Positions 38,701 through 51,930 of a stretch of DNA of 64,000 bases are shown piece by piece. This DNA comes from Lingula anatina (lineage: Eukaryota; Animalia; Brachiopoda), in NCBI GenBank assembly GCA_051362555.1, contig CM120648.1, forward strand, positions 8,428,587 to 8,492,586, written 5' to 3'. Position numbers and translations under genes: made by a program. Each line of letters begins with the position of its first letter. The first letter of the stretch is position 1. The notes under the pieces are model-generated. The model made no database searches. It worked only from the letters and a program-made list of their open reading frames with translations, and had not been told where the DNA came from.

Positions 38701-39166
38701 AACACACGTGAGCTACAAAGTGCTCTAGAAACGTACATTACTCTTCTTAAATATCAGCATACACATGTACCTTGATCTGCCTTTTCCAGTATCAGAGTAT
38801 TAATAACAGTAAATGCAATTGAAAAATAAAAAGGGAAATACCATTTCCTCTTTGATAGAAATAAGCAACAAATATTTTATATACTTATATCTAAAATAAA
38901 AAATAAATAGAAAAAAAACTTGGAACAAACTCATAATATTTTAATCAATAAACAATGTCATTTTCCCTGACATTGTTCACCAAATACATAATTCATCACT
39001 GCACCAGATATGTGGGCAGTTTCATCATACCTTCAGAGAATACATTTTGCGGTGTTATGGGTTTGGAGAGATAATCTGTCTGATATGATGCGAATATTGC
39101 TGCAAGTCATAATTGATGATTTCCATGAAATATATTATATTGACCTTAAATGGGTTAAGTTTGCTT

Positions 39167-39225
<59 letters not shown>

Positions 39226-39367
39226 TTTTTGAGGAGAGGGAGAGAGTGAGAGAGAGAAGAAGAAGTAAATGAGATGGAGAAAAAGGAAGAAGGAAGAAAA
39301 GAAGAGAGAGAAAGAGAGAGAGAGAGTATATCTATATGAAAGAGAGAGAGAGTATATCTATACTATC

Positions 39368-39502
39368 CAGGCCCGTAGCCCTTTTTGCTGGGAAAAGGTC
39401 CACTCTGGGTAAAATTTGATCTAGATACATGGGGATTATATGGTAAAAGGTCCACTTTTTCAGAAAAAAAAAAACCCTTTGAAATTTCTGGCTACAGGCC
39501 TG
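39368..39502. mobile_element. MITE with CAGGCCCGTAGCC TIRs; partial second copy near 63560-63626
   Basis: CAGGCCCGTAGCC ... GGCTACAGGCCTG; the 3' half ttcagaaaaa..ccctttgaaatt.ctggcta recurs at 63583-63626. Confidence 0.6.
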
Positions 39503-39889
39503 CTATATCTAGCATGCTATGGTGATTTTGCAGCAACTCCACAGATCACTCCCGCAGGACCTGGTCTCAGTCTTCAGCACTCAATAAACACGTAAATAAG
39601 TCATGGCACTTAATCAGTGACACACTGGTCAGTAAGACAATTTTCCATCCAAGGCTTTTGTTCTGGAGGAACCAATTATAGAGCCAGTCTGGATATCGAG
39701 ATACACGCTTACATTTATAGGACTATATACCAGACCTGGGAATCTGTCTAGCTGCATGAGGCTTCAATACACATCTATAGGGAACATTAAGTCCCCATTA
39801 TGTGCCTATAGTAGTACACAATTTGATCCAACATGGTATATTTTTTGAGGCAAAAAATTCAAATGTATCCTCTGAATTGACCGGCTTTA

Positions 39890-40089
39890 GGCTGCTTTTA
39901 CAACCAGCTGATCCATGGACTAACTAGTCCAAGGATCAAATATGGTCTGACCCACTTGAAAGCACGCTGAAATTTAATTGTCTCAGCTGGAACAGCAAGC
40001 CTGAGAGGTATAGGAATCCATTGTCAAGTGCACGCCATATTTGATCTGCAGACTAGTTAGTCTGCGGTCAACTGGTTGTGAACGCAGCC
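39890..40089. mobile_element. Harbinger-type MITE related to family B
   Basis: tta|GGCTGC..ACAACCAG ... CTGGTTGTGAACGCAGCC|tta; shares the ggactaactagtcc..gatcaaatatgg subterminal motif. Confidence 0.75.
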
Positions 40090-40130
40090 TTAGACCAATG
40101 ATTCTGTTATGTACAAAACTGCATGACTAA

Positions 40131-40344
40131 GATCCCATTCTCAGAGATTAGATCGATCCAAACTAGATCGACCTAACTCCCTGGGGGTTCACGCTAAATA
40201 GCTGTCAGCCGAGAGGGGTCGAAAGTTAATTACCCCCTTACAGCTTGTAGTAGGCGGGACGGACATTAAAGCCGGATTAACTGACAGTAATCTAGTGAGA
40301 CTCCCCATGGGGATAGATCGCTCTAAATGTCTGGGAATACGCCC
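40131..40344. mobile_element. Harbinger-type MITE, family A
   Basis: TAA TSD; reverse-complement homolog of 17617-17831. Confidence 0.8.
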
Positions 40345-43225
40345 TAAGTCAGACTAAACAGTTCTGATATGTAGGCAGCTTACACAGACTGAAAACAATA
40401 CATCAATGCCAGTATAGGTTTTCTGGCTTCCTCCAAGTAATTTCATTAACACGTGCCAATATTAAGCCTCACATGCTACCCATGAAAGGAAATTATAACA
40501 GCACATTTAACCTCTCATCATCAGTATTATAAATCTTTTAAGGCTTGTGGGTTGCCACCAACACTAGGTTGTTAGGTTATCACCTAATGTACCTAGTATT
40601 TGATTTATAAATTATTTTACAATTATTTTCATTCCTTCTGTATTGATATATATTAAGACTGCAATATCATATGTTACCAAATGCACGACACTGTTTATCA
40701 TAAAATCATGTTATCAAGCTTATTTTCTTACACAGTTCATTCATATCCCAACCAATGTAATGCAATGTAATACAATGTAGAATAATTCTATGAGACTTCT
40801 ATGGTATATACATAAAATTATATAAAACAAAGTCGAAAGCAATATAATGTCTGAAATACTACAGAGCCTCATGAACAGAAAAATAGACGCATATTCAATA
40901 CAAAATCTGATACATAAATAGCATGATCCCCATCTTTTGAATCAAAAGTGCAGGGATAAAAATCCTGTTTCCAAAAATTATATATAATTGTAGTATACTG
41001 TAAAAATTGGAGAATTCCTATCAAAAAACAGTCCAAAATGATGCACAACACAAAAAATACATAGAATTGAAAAGAGCCAACATGAAAAACAACACTAACT
41101 CCATCTAAAACCTTCCTCACCTGAAACAGTTTTTCCAGAAAATGTCCTCAACTGTGCTTAACTCGGCATGACAGCGTTATTTCAACAGCAGCCACATTAT
41201 CTGAGCACAGTCATCATGTCTGCTCTCAGCTTGGCAAATGTTCTGAACGTTCTGTCCTCAGATCAGGTTCTCTCCCCCTCTGTAACAGAAAAAATGAGAA
41301 ATCAATAAAAAAGCAGCGATTAGTTACTTTAAAAGCAGTGGAAGCCTGACAATTGTCTACTCGCATAAATATATTATGTTTACTTATTGAATTTTGCATG
41401 ATCACGTTCCTGAATCTCTTGGGGATTTTCATTGACAAACGGTGCTTCCCTGGTAAAAGACAATTGGGAGATGCCTTGCTGTTCACACTTTGCTTAGTGA
41501 GTTAGGTCCTAAACCGGTAATTGAGCCAGAATTAGGTGTTAATTTTTGCTCATTTTCCTGGTATAGATCGAGCAGCATGCACACTAGCTGGAACTGGTAA
41601 CATTAGAGACGTTTCGTTTTTTTAATGAAATACGTACTCGCTAACAGATATGCAATCCATTGATCTAAACTCTTGAAAACAAATTGCGAGTGACCCAATT
41701 ATGATGAGAAACTTACTAAAGAACTATTTAACACAAACCAGTTCAAAGATCATAATTTTGTGACATGCTGCAGTTATTTAACCCCAACTATTGGGCAATG
41801 AACAATGGACTCCTGAATACCACATGGCCTCTATCATTCACTACTCCAAGGTGGTCTCAACCAATATCTTACCCACGATATATCTTGGAACGGTTACAAT
41901 ACAGTCTCCTTAAGTGCCAAGACTTCAATTTTGCTAACTTACAGCCAATGAAACAGGGTAATTATTCACTGCATGATTACAAACAGTGGCATTTTGTTAT
42001 TGGTATATAATGTCTTAAAAACAATATTTCAATTATAGTAAAAATGTAGGGGACGATTCTGAGGTTACGAAGGAGCAAATTTAATTCTTGCCATTTCATA
42101 ACACAAATCATCTTTTGCAAAGGAAACAAAAATTTAAAAAAATAAACAAAAATAAATAAATAAATGAAAATAATAAGAGAAATAATAATAACAATAACAA
42201 CAACAATAATAATAACAATTATGTGAGGTGTATGAAAATTTAGAAGCATTACCATATTAAAAAATAGTGCCATTTCCATATAATACCTGAACAGGTAGTG
42301 CTGTATGTTCAATTACCTGATGATGGTTATTTAATGAAAAACATCCATCATACCAACAGCTAGTAATAGAAGTCTGTTCACACAGGAGCATACTTTAGAC
42401 TGAAAATAGGGCTAACCCACGTCAGATGACTGGATGGATGGATGGATGCATTGATTAACAGGGAAATGTATATGTCAAAGGCACAGGTGGATGTCTGTAC
42501 AGAAAATAGTTTCAGAAATAAATCATGATGGATCTCAGGATTGTTGGAAACCACTCTTTTATTTTAGATAGCTCAGCTATTTTAGATCACCAAGCAAAAT
42601 GGAGAAATTATAGCCAAATGGGAATCTGAATGTCTAGGAAACGATTGGAGATCAAAACAGGCACACAAGCCTGTTCTCTTTGTACATTATTATGCTTATC
42701 AGAAAGATTTATGTGAAATTTTGGTCTTGGAGGTTACTCATTCTGATAACTCAAGAATGATGTCATTATATTCTCATCAGATTTAACTAATATGTCTGCC
42801 ATGATGTATGAATTATAGAATTAACCTAAGAGCTCATTACTGTTGAAGCTATTGGTTTATGCAAATTGATCCAACTTTGCAAGGGCTTTTGCTGAATGCA
42901 ATGAGTGTACGTAACAGATTAACACGCCCCCTCCTGGTATTGGGTAGAATGCAGTAATATGTGTATGTTGGAAACAAAAAAAGGCTTGTTCATTCACTGA
43001 CTGCATACAGTGAGAGTCCCCACTGATCAGTTGGATCGATCTACATAGGCTGATAACTTCAGTGGAAATGAACCCTAATGCTCAGCTGAAACCATTCCTC
43101 TTTGTTATGGAATGCTATATCACACTAAATAATACAAAAACATTCATGATAAAAATTATACAAGGGTACCTGAACATAATACCCTGAGTTTCAGTATATA
43201 TTTCTTATAACCTCTGCATTACAAT

Positions 43226-43384
43226 GGCCATATTCAGAACAGTGGAATAACTGGTCCGAGGGTCAAATATGGCAGAACCACATGAATACTTCCCCACTGG
43301 AAATCTATTTAGAGTCTATTAGCGGATTAGTGAGTCGCCACATTTTACCCGCGGACTAGTTAGTCCACAGTTCTGAATGCAGCC
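43226..43384. mobile_element. Harbinger-type MITE, family B
   Basis: GGCCATATTCAGAAC...GTTCTGAATGCAGCC TIRs. Confidence 0.75.
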
Positions 43385-43734
43385 TATGACATGGGCGTAT
43401 GACACACTACGGATGTGTCACAAGGAATCTGTCGAACAAGTTACTGTGCACTTATTATCATTTATCACTTATCTTTACAAAAGCCCGGGCACTGCTGCCA
43501 GAGAATCAATTGAACAATAATATGTATTACCAGAATGAGTCGAATAATTTCCTTTGGCTTCTTATCCTCTTGGGTCTCCCCATCTCAACCCTGTAATGTC
43601 TTTATCATTGCACAGCTGCTTTCAGCAGACATTCAACTGTGTCTGCCTAATTGAATATGCATCAATGTCTAATATGGAATAATGGACTTCATAGAGAGTC
43701 ATGTTTTTTGCACAAAATTAAGGTATTGAATCCT

Positions 43735-43880
43735 GGAACCATAGCAGTAGTCTGAAGGTTCATTGGTCAGAATGTTTACTACAGAAGCTTAGGACCAATG
43801 AACCCTCGATTAAAAAACTGATGAAAATGATACAATTTTTCAGACCAATGAACCTTCATTTGAATGATCGAGACGCACCC
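43735..43880. mobile_element. Second copy of the MULE-type MITE (opposite orientation)
   Basis: Flanks TTGAATCCT/TTAAATCCT (8 of 9 identical); same gaaggttcattggtc repeats. Confidence 0.75.
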
Positions 43881-44287
43881 TTAAATCCTATCCACACAGA
43901 GACTTCCTGCTCTTTATAAGTCCTAAATTGTGAAGTTTTTTTTCTTTTTTGGACTGAGTCTGTGATACAACAGACTTAATTTATACTGTGACTGTGTAGT
44001 CACGTCAAACACATTGTCTGCTAAAAATGGCCATGAAATCACACATTTGTTATCAATCTTATCCTTAATCTCCATTAGTGATGCCCTTCAGGGTTTTTGA
44101 TCATTTTCAGCAGTCTTGAAATCTATAGTAACTGCATGTGAGTGGCTTAGGTGGCACATGTCCAGTATTAGTCTCTAATATGGAATAACATAGTGTCATT
44201 GTGGTTTCTACAATAGGTCATGGAGTCAATTTTGATAAATCTTTTATCCTGTAATAAGCTTTACCTGTACGAGTATTAGGACTTTTT

Positions 44288-44457
44288 CAGGGGCGGATCC
44301 AAAGATATTTTCTGACAGTCTTCCAAATTATCTTTGTTGATCCATCCTCCATTTTTGACTGTCTTCCGACAGAAAACATTAGATGCCTGACAATGTAAAA
44401 ACTTGAAAAACTGACTGTCTTCCGGAAGACCCAGAAGACGGCCTAAATCCGCCCCTG
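44288..44457. mobile_element. MITE with CAGGGGCGGAT TIRs (hAT-like termini)
   Basis: CAGGGGCGGATCC ... AATCCGCCCCTG. Confidence 0.6.
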
Positions 44458-45209
44458 TTTTTGACAGTAAAAGACTAAGCAGCAAGATAATTAGATAAAC
44501 TCCTAAACTTAATAACCATCCAGTTCAACAGAATATATATATATACGTAAAAACTATTCTATTTGACCATCCAAATGAATTATTGGATGACGCAAGAGGA
44601 TCAATTTGCAAACTATTATCCATTAAATAATTCTTATGGGATCCAGTCGTAAATCTTTCTAGCAGACACCTGATAGAAGCCACATACAGCTAATATAATA
44701 GCTATAGAACACTCTCAGGTTTTGAGAAGAAGTGTCTTTTACTTCATTGGTTTAATATATTGCCACAGTTTCTGCAAAAGGTAACGAAATCAATTTAGAC
44801 AAATTGATTCACCAGCATGCTTTTATTCAGTAAAGCACCTGAGTGCATTGAATTTCTATGATGCCATTACAAGTGGATCAGTTGGCTAACTTTAATCTAT
44901 CGAATAGTTCCAATTAAGTAGATCACAGATGAATCCTCTTGGGCTTCCCTCAGTTCCCGGGCCCTGAACATTCAGGCATTGTTCATCGGCCATTAAATAA
45001 CTACTCATGGTGTCTCTCTTTTTCTGGCTAATGGAATATGCAATAATGAAAGCCAATATGGTATAGCGAGATCATCACCTCCCACAGAGATACATGTATA
45101 ATATGACACTGCAGAACACTGCCAATTTAATGTGACCAGGCTTCAATATTATTTAAAGGTACTCCATACTGGATTTACCCACAAAAATTAATTTTTCTCA
45201 AAAAATAAA

Positions 45210-45279
<70 letters not shown>

Positions 45280-46440
45280 ACTCGTGATTCATTGCTCTAC
45301 CAGCATCCCTGCATTTGGATTTAATGCTCTTTACATTTTTCTATTCAGTTATTTGGTTCTAAATGGAAGGCCGGTCACTTAGAATGGCATGTCTTCCTGC
45401 ACATTAAATATTTTCAGGAGGAACTGTCAATGTCAAGTACTTTTATTTGTCAATGAGGGTATTTATATAATTTTTTAAGGTCTGAATTGGGAAAGATCAG
45501 TAGATTTGCAAGACATGTAGACATAGAAAATATATCTTTGGGGATTTTTTTTTTAATGTGTACAGTGTACTTTTAATTATCAAATAAGTTCCAATAAACA
45601 GATCAAGGAATAATTCTCTTGGGCTCTGACCCCCATATGATTATTTTCTAGCCTTGGTGATCTTTCTGTCCCCCCCCCCCCCCCCCCAATAAATGAATTT
45701 GACATATTGAAGAAAGGTTATATATAATCATTTGTGGACAAACTTAGAGAAGCAAGAATGAAGCTAGAGAAGCACAAATGAAAAAGTTCTGAATATTCAT
45801 AACTTGATATCATGGTGTCATAATATTTAAATTTCCTGTATAAAAGGTCCAGGTTTAACTCGGGAGGAAACCAGACAGAAAGTAGTCTGAATTGATGTGT
45901 AAACTCAAAATTCCGGGCATAAATGAGCAGGAGATGAAAACTGCTGTTCATACTTGCTCAGTTAAGTCTGTAATCCAGGCGTCATTTTTCCATTTTCCCG
46001 GCGTAATTCAAATTTGAGGTCAACATAACATGGACGTAAACTCTGAGACTCTAATATATTAAAAATGAATTACTGACTGGCTAAAACTTGATCAAATATC
46101 TTATTAGTTTTTTATTATTTATAGGGTTTGGTAAAAATATTTCATTTAAGCTAATGTTTGTTAACATGTATTTACATGCATGGATAATTTTAGCTGCAAC
46201 TTCACTGTATACTTGTGTTCCATTTTTTACCTCAGTCGCCCTTTGTATGGGGCCATAGTTATTTTATCAAAGGTGAAGATATTCCTTAGGGGCAAAAGAA
46301 AAAACAAAAACATCATGATAAAAATACCTTTGTGACACTCAACAGACCGACCTGACTGAACATTCACAGTTGAGGCTTGACACCTTGTGCTAAACAACAA
46401 GTTGCCCGGTAGGTATTTCTCCTTTAGTAACAGATTATAG

Positions 46441-46488
<48 letters not shown>

Positions 46489-46975
46489 AAGAGACAGAAA
46501 GACAGAGAGAGAGAGAGAGAGAGATTAATAGTGCACATGTAGCATGTCAAAAACACATTCAGTTGCACAGTGTATCTCCACCACCTGTAGGCAACTTACC
46601 TGTGCCCTTGTTAATACATATGCCTAGATTCTCAACTCCTCTGAGATCACTTATATGGTGTAATATCCATGGCAGAAGATAGACTTAGATATTTCATTCT
46701 ATTTATCATTATAAAACTACATGTGCACTGACTTTTTTTGTGGTTTCCTGACTACAATGATAGCTGAGCACCATATAGCCTACTTAGTGTTGTTGACAGA
46801 GTTCATCATGTGCTAATACATCATCACACGATCACATCCAGTGGTATTTCAGTCAATTTTTTATAAGTTAAACCACAGTACATTAAATAACGTAATGTAC
46901 TGGTACATTCTTGCCTAGCTAGGTTCTGGCATGTCTCTCAGTGTTCGATCATCCTCCACAGTAAATGTATATTAA

Positions 46976-47578
46976 TAATAATAATAATAATTTATTGAGC
47001 ACTGAAATGTTTTTACATTTAGAGGCTCTCTAACTACTATACATTATACATACGAAAAGATAGTAATGATAGTAAGTAAATGAAAGAGAGAAAAAAAAAA
47101 ATTATACTTATATAATGTTACACAATATACATTCTCTTAATATGCAGGTGAGATGCATGAAATCATTTGTGCACTTCCAGTTAATTACGTTTTTTCATAA
47201 TTTTACTTACAAAATTCCCTACTGCAATCGCACTCTGCTCAGTGGGTGGGTTTAGAATGATGTCAAGCTGTTTGACCTCGTCTGTTAGACCTTGCAAGTT
47301 TACCTCTGGTATGCATTCAAACAGCAATTTCCTTTCAATTTTGTGATGGGCGCATTTTAGGAAAAAATGTATTTCATCTTCTACCTCATTACAATGAGGG
47401 CATTTTCGTTCTGAAAGTTGTGTTTTTGGGATTGTATGCCGCCCTTTTTCAATTTCTAGGTCATGGTCACTAATTCTCATTTTTGCCAAAAGTATTTTGT
47501 GGGTGCGTGAAATATTCATTTTCAAGTATGGTTCGGGTTCATATTGATGTTTAATTTTCCTGTATGTCCTCAGCTTAT
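46976..47578 (-). mobile_element. 5'-truncated non-LTR retrotransposon (LINE ORF2 C-terminus plus 3' tail)
   Basis: NKLRTYRKIK..EPYL..LAKMRISDHDLEIEKGR...CPHC.EVEDEIHFFLKC zinc-knuckle region typical of invertebrate LINE ORF2 ends; AATAAA plus (ATT)n tail; candidate TSD TATATTAA at 46968-46975 and 47579-47586. Confidence 0.85.
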
Positions 47579-48684
47579 TATATTAAGGTTTTGTTTTAAA
47601 CATGTGATGTATTTAATAACAACTATATAATGAACTTAAGCATCTGACTGTCTCTTTGAAAACAAAACTGGAACAATACTTACCTGATCAAGTTTAAGCT
47701 GCACATCAAATCCTTTACACTGTTAATAATTCCTGCTGACTGAATTGTCCAGACAAGTCCAATGTACGTGATGTATAATAATGTAATACAGTCAAGTAAA
47801 TTTATAAATTATAAATCCCTGGTTCCATCTACAGAATGATATTCTGCATCCAGCCTGTCTTTCAGTATATAAAATACTACATTTATATAATATGAATATA
47901 CCTTGAAATACTTGTATATATCTGTACAGATTCAGTACTTCAGGAGGCGACTTCACTCATTTGAATTCCTATATGCCCATAGTCCTAGAATAAAGAAGAT
48001 AAAATCTACAGTCATTTGACTATCTCAAAATATCTTCCTGTGTGCATCCTGAACCCCATCAAACATGCCCCCCACATTTGCCAACTAGACTTGGCATAAA
48101 CCAAGATAACATCTATCCTATAGCATATACCTCCTAATGTATTGTGTTAGTCTGTAAATGCATCCTTAAAATCCCAAGTGATAGCATCTGGTCTGTGGAA
48201 TACCTTCATGCAGCAACCAACCTGTTGATTACGGCCACCATCCCCACCATATACACACCAAGGCTGGCAAATCAGATATTATCTGAAGATCAGAAATAAT
48301 TTAGCCTCATGCTCAGTAGTGTGATGGGTCTCTGGAGTTCTCTGCATTAATTTATTTGTTGGGGAGAGGTAATGATTCTCTGTCATGAGATGCCTGGGCA
48401 TGAAGGACAAATAAATGCCACGTCCCTGATGCAGAGTCCAGCTGACATTTTCGTGTCAACTGCAGACGATAAACTTTGTGATACATTCAGCTCTGTAGTT
48501 GTACAATTTTTTTGTTTCGTGACATTTGCGTCTGGTGAATCCAGTTAAATTGTACATGTACCTGCATATACAGGTACATGTACAATGTAGAAGATAATTA
48601 TTATCATAGAAATTTAATATGCTCATTCTGGGTTGATACAGAAAAAAGGACTGGCATAAACGAAGAATAAAACATTGTTACAAC

Positions 48685-48825
48685 GGGGGCGTCTCGATAG
48701 TCCGAAGGTTCATTGGTCCAAAAAACGGTAACATTTTCATCGCTTTTTTAATCAAGGGTTCATTGGTCCGAAGATTCTGTGGTGAACATTTGGACCAATG
48801 AACCTTCGGACTATTGCTACGGCCC
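48685..48825. mobile_element. Mutator (MULE)-type MITE with 9-bp TSD
   Basis: TGTTACAAC direct repeat on both sides; GGG...CCC ends; internal atagtccgaaggttcattggtcc inverted repeats. Confidence 0.8.
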
Positions 48826-51581
48826 TGTTACAACAGGTCCATGTACTGGTACATTAGTTGCTGGTCTTGAACATAAAAAAAAAAATTAATGTGCTAATTT
48901 GTAATGCTTATGTTAAAATCTTTGAAGAAAAATAAAAGACCAGTCTTATATATTACATAATATTTATTAAATAATTATTATAAATGACCTGTATATCATA
49001 ATAAGTCAAACATAACCATCAGACTGAAATGGATATATAATAATTTATTAATTAGACTTTTACAACTCTCTTTAACTCTGGGTGTAAGTTGTTGAAATTT
49101 ATTGTAAGCTTCCATATTGTACCTCTGTTAAAGTACTGTATCAACAAGACTGCAGTAAAATAGAAAACTTCAACAATTTTAACATTCAAGCTGTTATTCC
49201 TTTGAGGATTTTGTTGGGTGATCTGAATTTAGGTTGCTTTTATTGATGTGAATAACATGACTTACATCGGGTCATATACCGGTAGAGTGAAATGTATCCT
49301 TAAACTTCATGTACTGAAAGCATGCTGTAGATCATAAAAACATCTTCAGTTACACATGCTACACTGTATATAATCTTGTTGTTTGAAGTTCCCAATAATT
49401 AATACAAATATGTTCATGAGGACAACATACCTACCTGTACCAAGACTTTCCATTACACTCCTAGAAGAGACTATATAAAATGTGTTAAGTTCGTAACTGA
49501 CTATAACGGACATATAAAGGGCATGATTTTCAACTTTGTTTGTTTATTTACTCACCCGTACATTATAAGAACGGTCCTTGCTCAGCTGATCTATTTAAAT
49601 ATCAATTCAGGTATTTTCCTTTTGTTGACGCAGGGTGTTTACCAGCTGATTGAATCTACTTATCAGGTAAATAGCAACCATTAGGGCTTAAGTATGAGAA
49701 AGAAACCAGATTCTATCAATGGGGGAGGAGGGAGGGGGAGGGGAGAGATGGGGCTAGGGTTGGGGGGTGAGGGTTAATTTTCTGCTTTTCTCCATAACTG
49801 GGCCTCAATTCTGTAATGATCTTCAGCAAAAAGTAAGACGCAGGTATTAACATCTTTCAATGGGCAAAACTTTCAGATACACAACTTTATAATCACAAAA
49901 ATTATATTTCTATCCATATAGCATAGAACTAAGGAGTAGGCTGCTTTCCAATTTTGTTGCTTTAACTCAATAGGATTGTTCTAATTTGAAAATAAAATTT
50001 GACTTTGACTCTGTAAAATTCACATTTTTTCCACTTGAAAAGATTGACTAATTACCATACCTAGTATTTTCTAAAGGTTACATAATCCAGTAAAAAAAAA
50101 TTGCATTTTTCTCAGCGAGGCAGTTACCATTTTGTGTACCTTTACAAACACAAGTGATTATAATCAATTTGAAAGCACTGTCCTATCAATGTCTTTTACA
50201 GAAAATTCAAGCTCACTTCACAAAATAAATAATCTATGTAATTCTTATGCTGAGGCAGATATTTTTCAATCCTTAGAAATATTGTGCCATATCGCCCAAG
50301 AGACTGTAATAATTCAATTGCGCCTTCTCTCTGTCCAAACACCCAATCCCCTGTTTTCAAATGGACTGTAACCCCAAGGGGGTTAAACCCCTAAGATGAA
50401 ATTACATTGAGTATATTGATAATGTTGGCATAATGTTGGCAATTTGTCTTTTTACACACAGTAAAAACAATATATGCACAGAATAACTACATACCTTGGC
50501 TTTCTTTATCCATGAAGAAGTACAGAGACTTCAGTAAAAAAAAAAAAAAAAAAAAAAACACATGATTGTAAAATTTGTACCTGGCTCACTGCAGGTAAAT
50601 TTATGGTAATTTAAAACCCTATACCTTATTTCATGCATGTGTCACTCACACAATAGTGAATACCTTGAACAAATTCAATAAAAAAAAAAACATTTTAGGA
50701 ATTCAGCTGTTCTACTAGTTACTTCAGCTTACAATATCACAATACAACTTAATTTGTTTTCTAACAAGCAACCTGAATACACAGGCACTCCCTCCCTCAG
50801 TGACTTCTGTATGTTTTGCTAATATATTAACCCAAACAGAAGAAAGCACCACTTTACCATACTGTAAGAATTACAACCCCTCTTCAAAAGTCAAAAGAAA
50901 CAGGTTGTTTAACTAAAATGAAGCAAATTGCGCATATTTTTCTACATAATAATTGATTTATTATTTTAAACACATTTTAACAACATTATGATATGGAAAA
51001 ATTTTGTACAGGTTGGATTCAAATCAGAATTGTATTTTTTTTTTTTGCATGATATATATATTTAGAATGACCACAGCACACTGAAATAGGTTTTTCGTTC
51101 AATTTGTCTATGGGCCAATGATGACAAAACAATGAATTGTCTCTTTAAAAAATTGTTTCCATGAAGGGTTAAAACTTCTTCTAAATTATTATCTTGCCCT
51201 GTAACACATAAAAGGATTAGTGCTCGTTTCCTACACAACACATAATATTTCCGTGAAAAAAAAAATTACTCTTTCCAGCAGTTGAAAAAACACCAAAACT
51301 GCACCTTCTTCAAATTTCTTGTTATATATTTGGCATGCTTATTTTCCCTATAGGCTGTAAAGCACAGAGGGGAGAAATTATCTGTGCAAATATTATTTTT
51401 TAATGTAACATAATCTGTGTTATTTGTTCAAGTTATACTATTTGAACCACTATATATATACAGTGTTATTTGGAAATGTATTAAATAGGAAAAATTTGAC
51501 ATATAAGCACTTGCTAAATGTGCATCGTTCAACATCTGATGAAAATAATTTATTTCATATATCATACAATAAATTACTCAC

Positions 51582-51930
51582 CCTCTCTGCAAATTTGCAT
51601 CTCCACGTTTTTTACCCAAAGTGATGGCAAGTTCTGGGGCAGAATCTAAGACACAGGTGCTCGTCTTTCACTTGATATGAAATGACCAAAGCAATCCAAA
51701 AACCTCGATCTGCTGCTGGAACTTTGATGTGCCCGTTGCTTCTCTGATAGCAGACTGGAGATCGAGTCTTTAGAGTCTTTTTTTCCACAGTCCTGTGACA
51801 GGTAGTCTTTGGCGGCGCTGGCTGGGTCAAAAAAACAACTGAATCTATCCACACACAAGTGCAAACACACTCACACAACAGACAGTTCTGGTTGGCAAAC
51901 TGGTGGCAAAAATCAATACTCAGCAACTAT
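51582..51930 (-). other. Putative 5' non-coding first exon / promoter-proximal region of anoctamin
   Basis: Locally GC-richer segment ending in AGG|gtgagt at 51581; no long ORF in frame with anoctamin. The upstream boundary is approximate. Confidence 0.35.

Noticed and set aside
41977-46682. Low-complexity ORFs such as IIVIIIVV, THTHTH and CVCVCV/ERER
   Set aside because: Translations of microsatellites.
51612-51926. 74-aa and 104-aa minus-strand ORFs
   Set aside because: Non-ATG starts and stops before the donor; better read as 5' UTR sequence.
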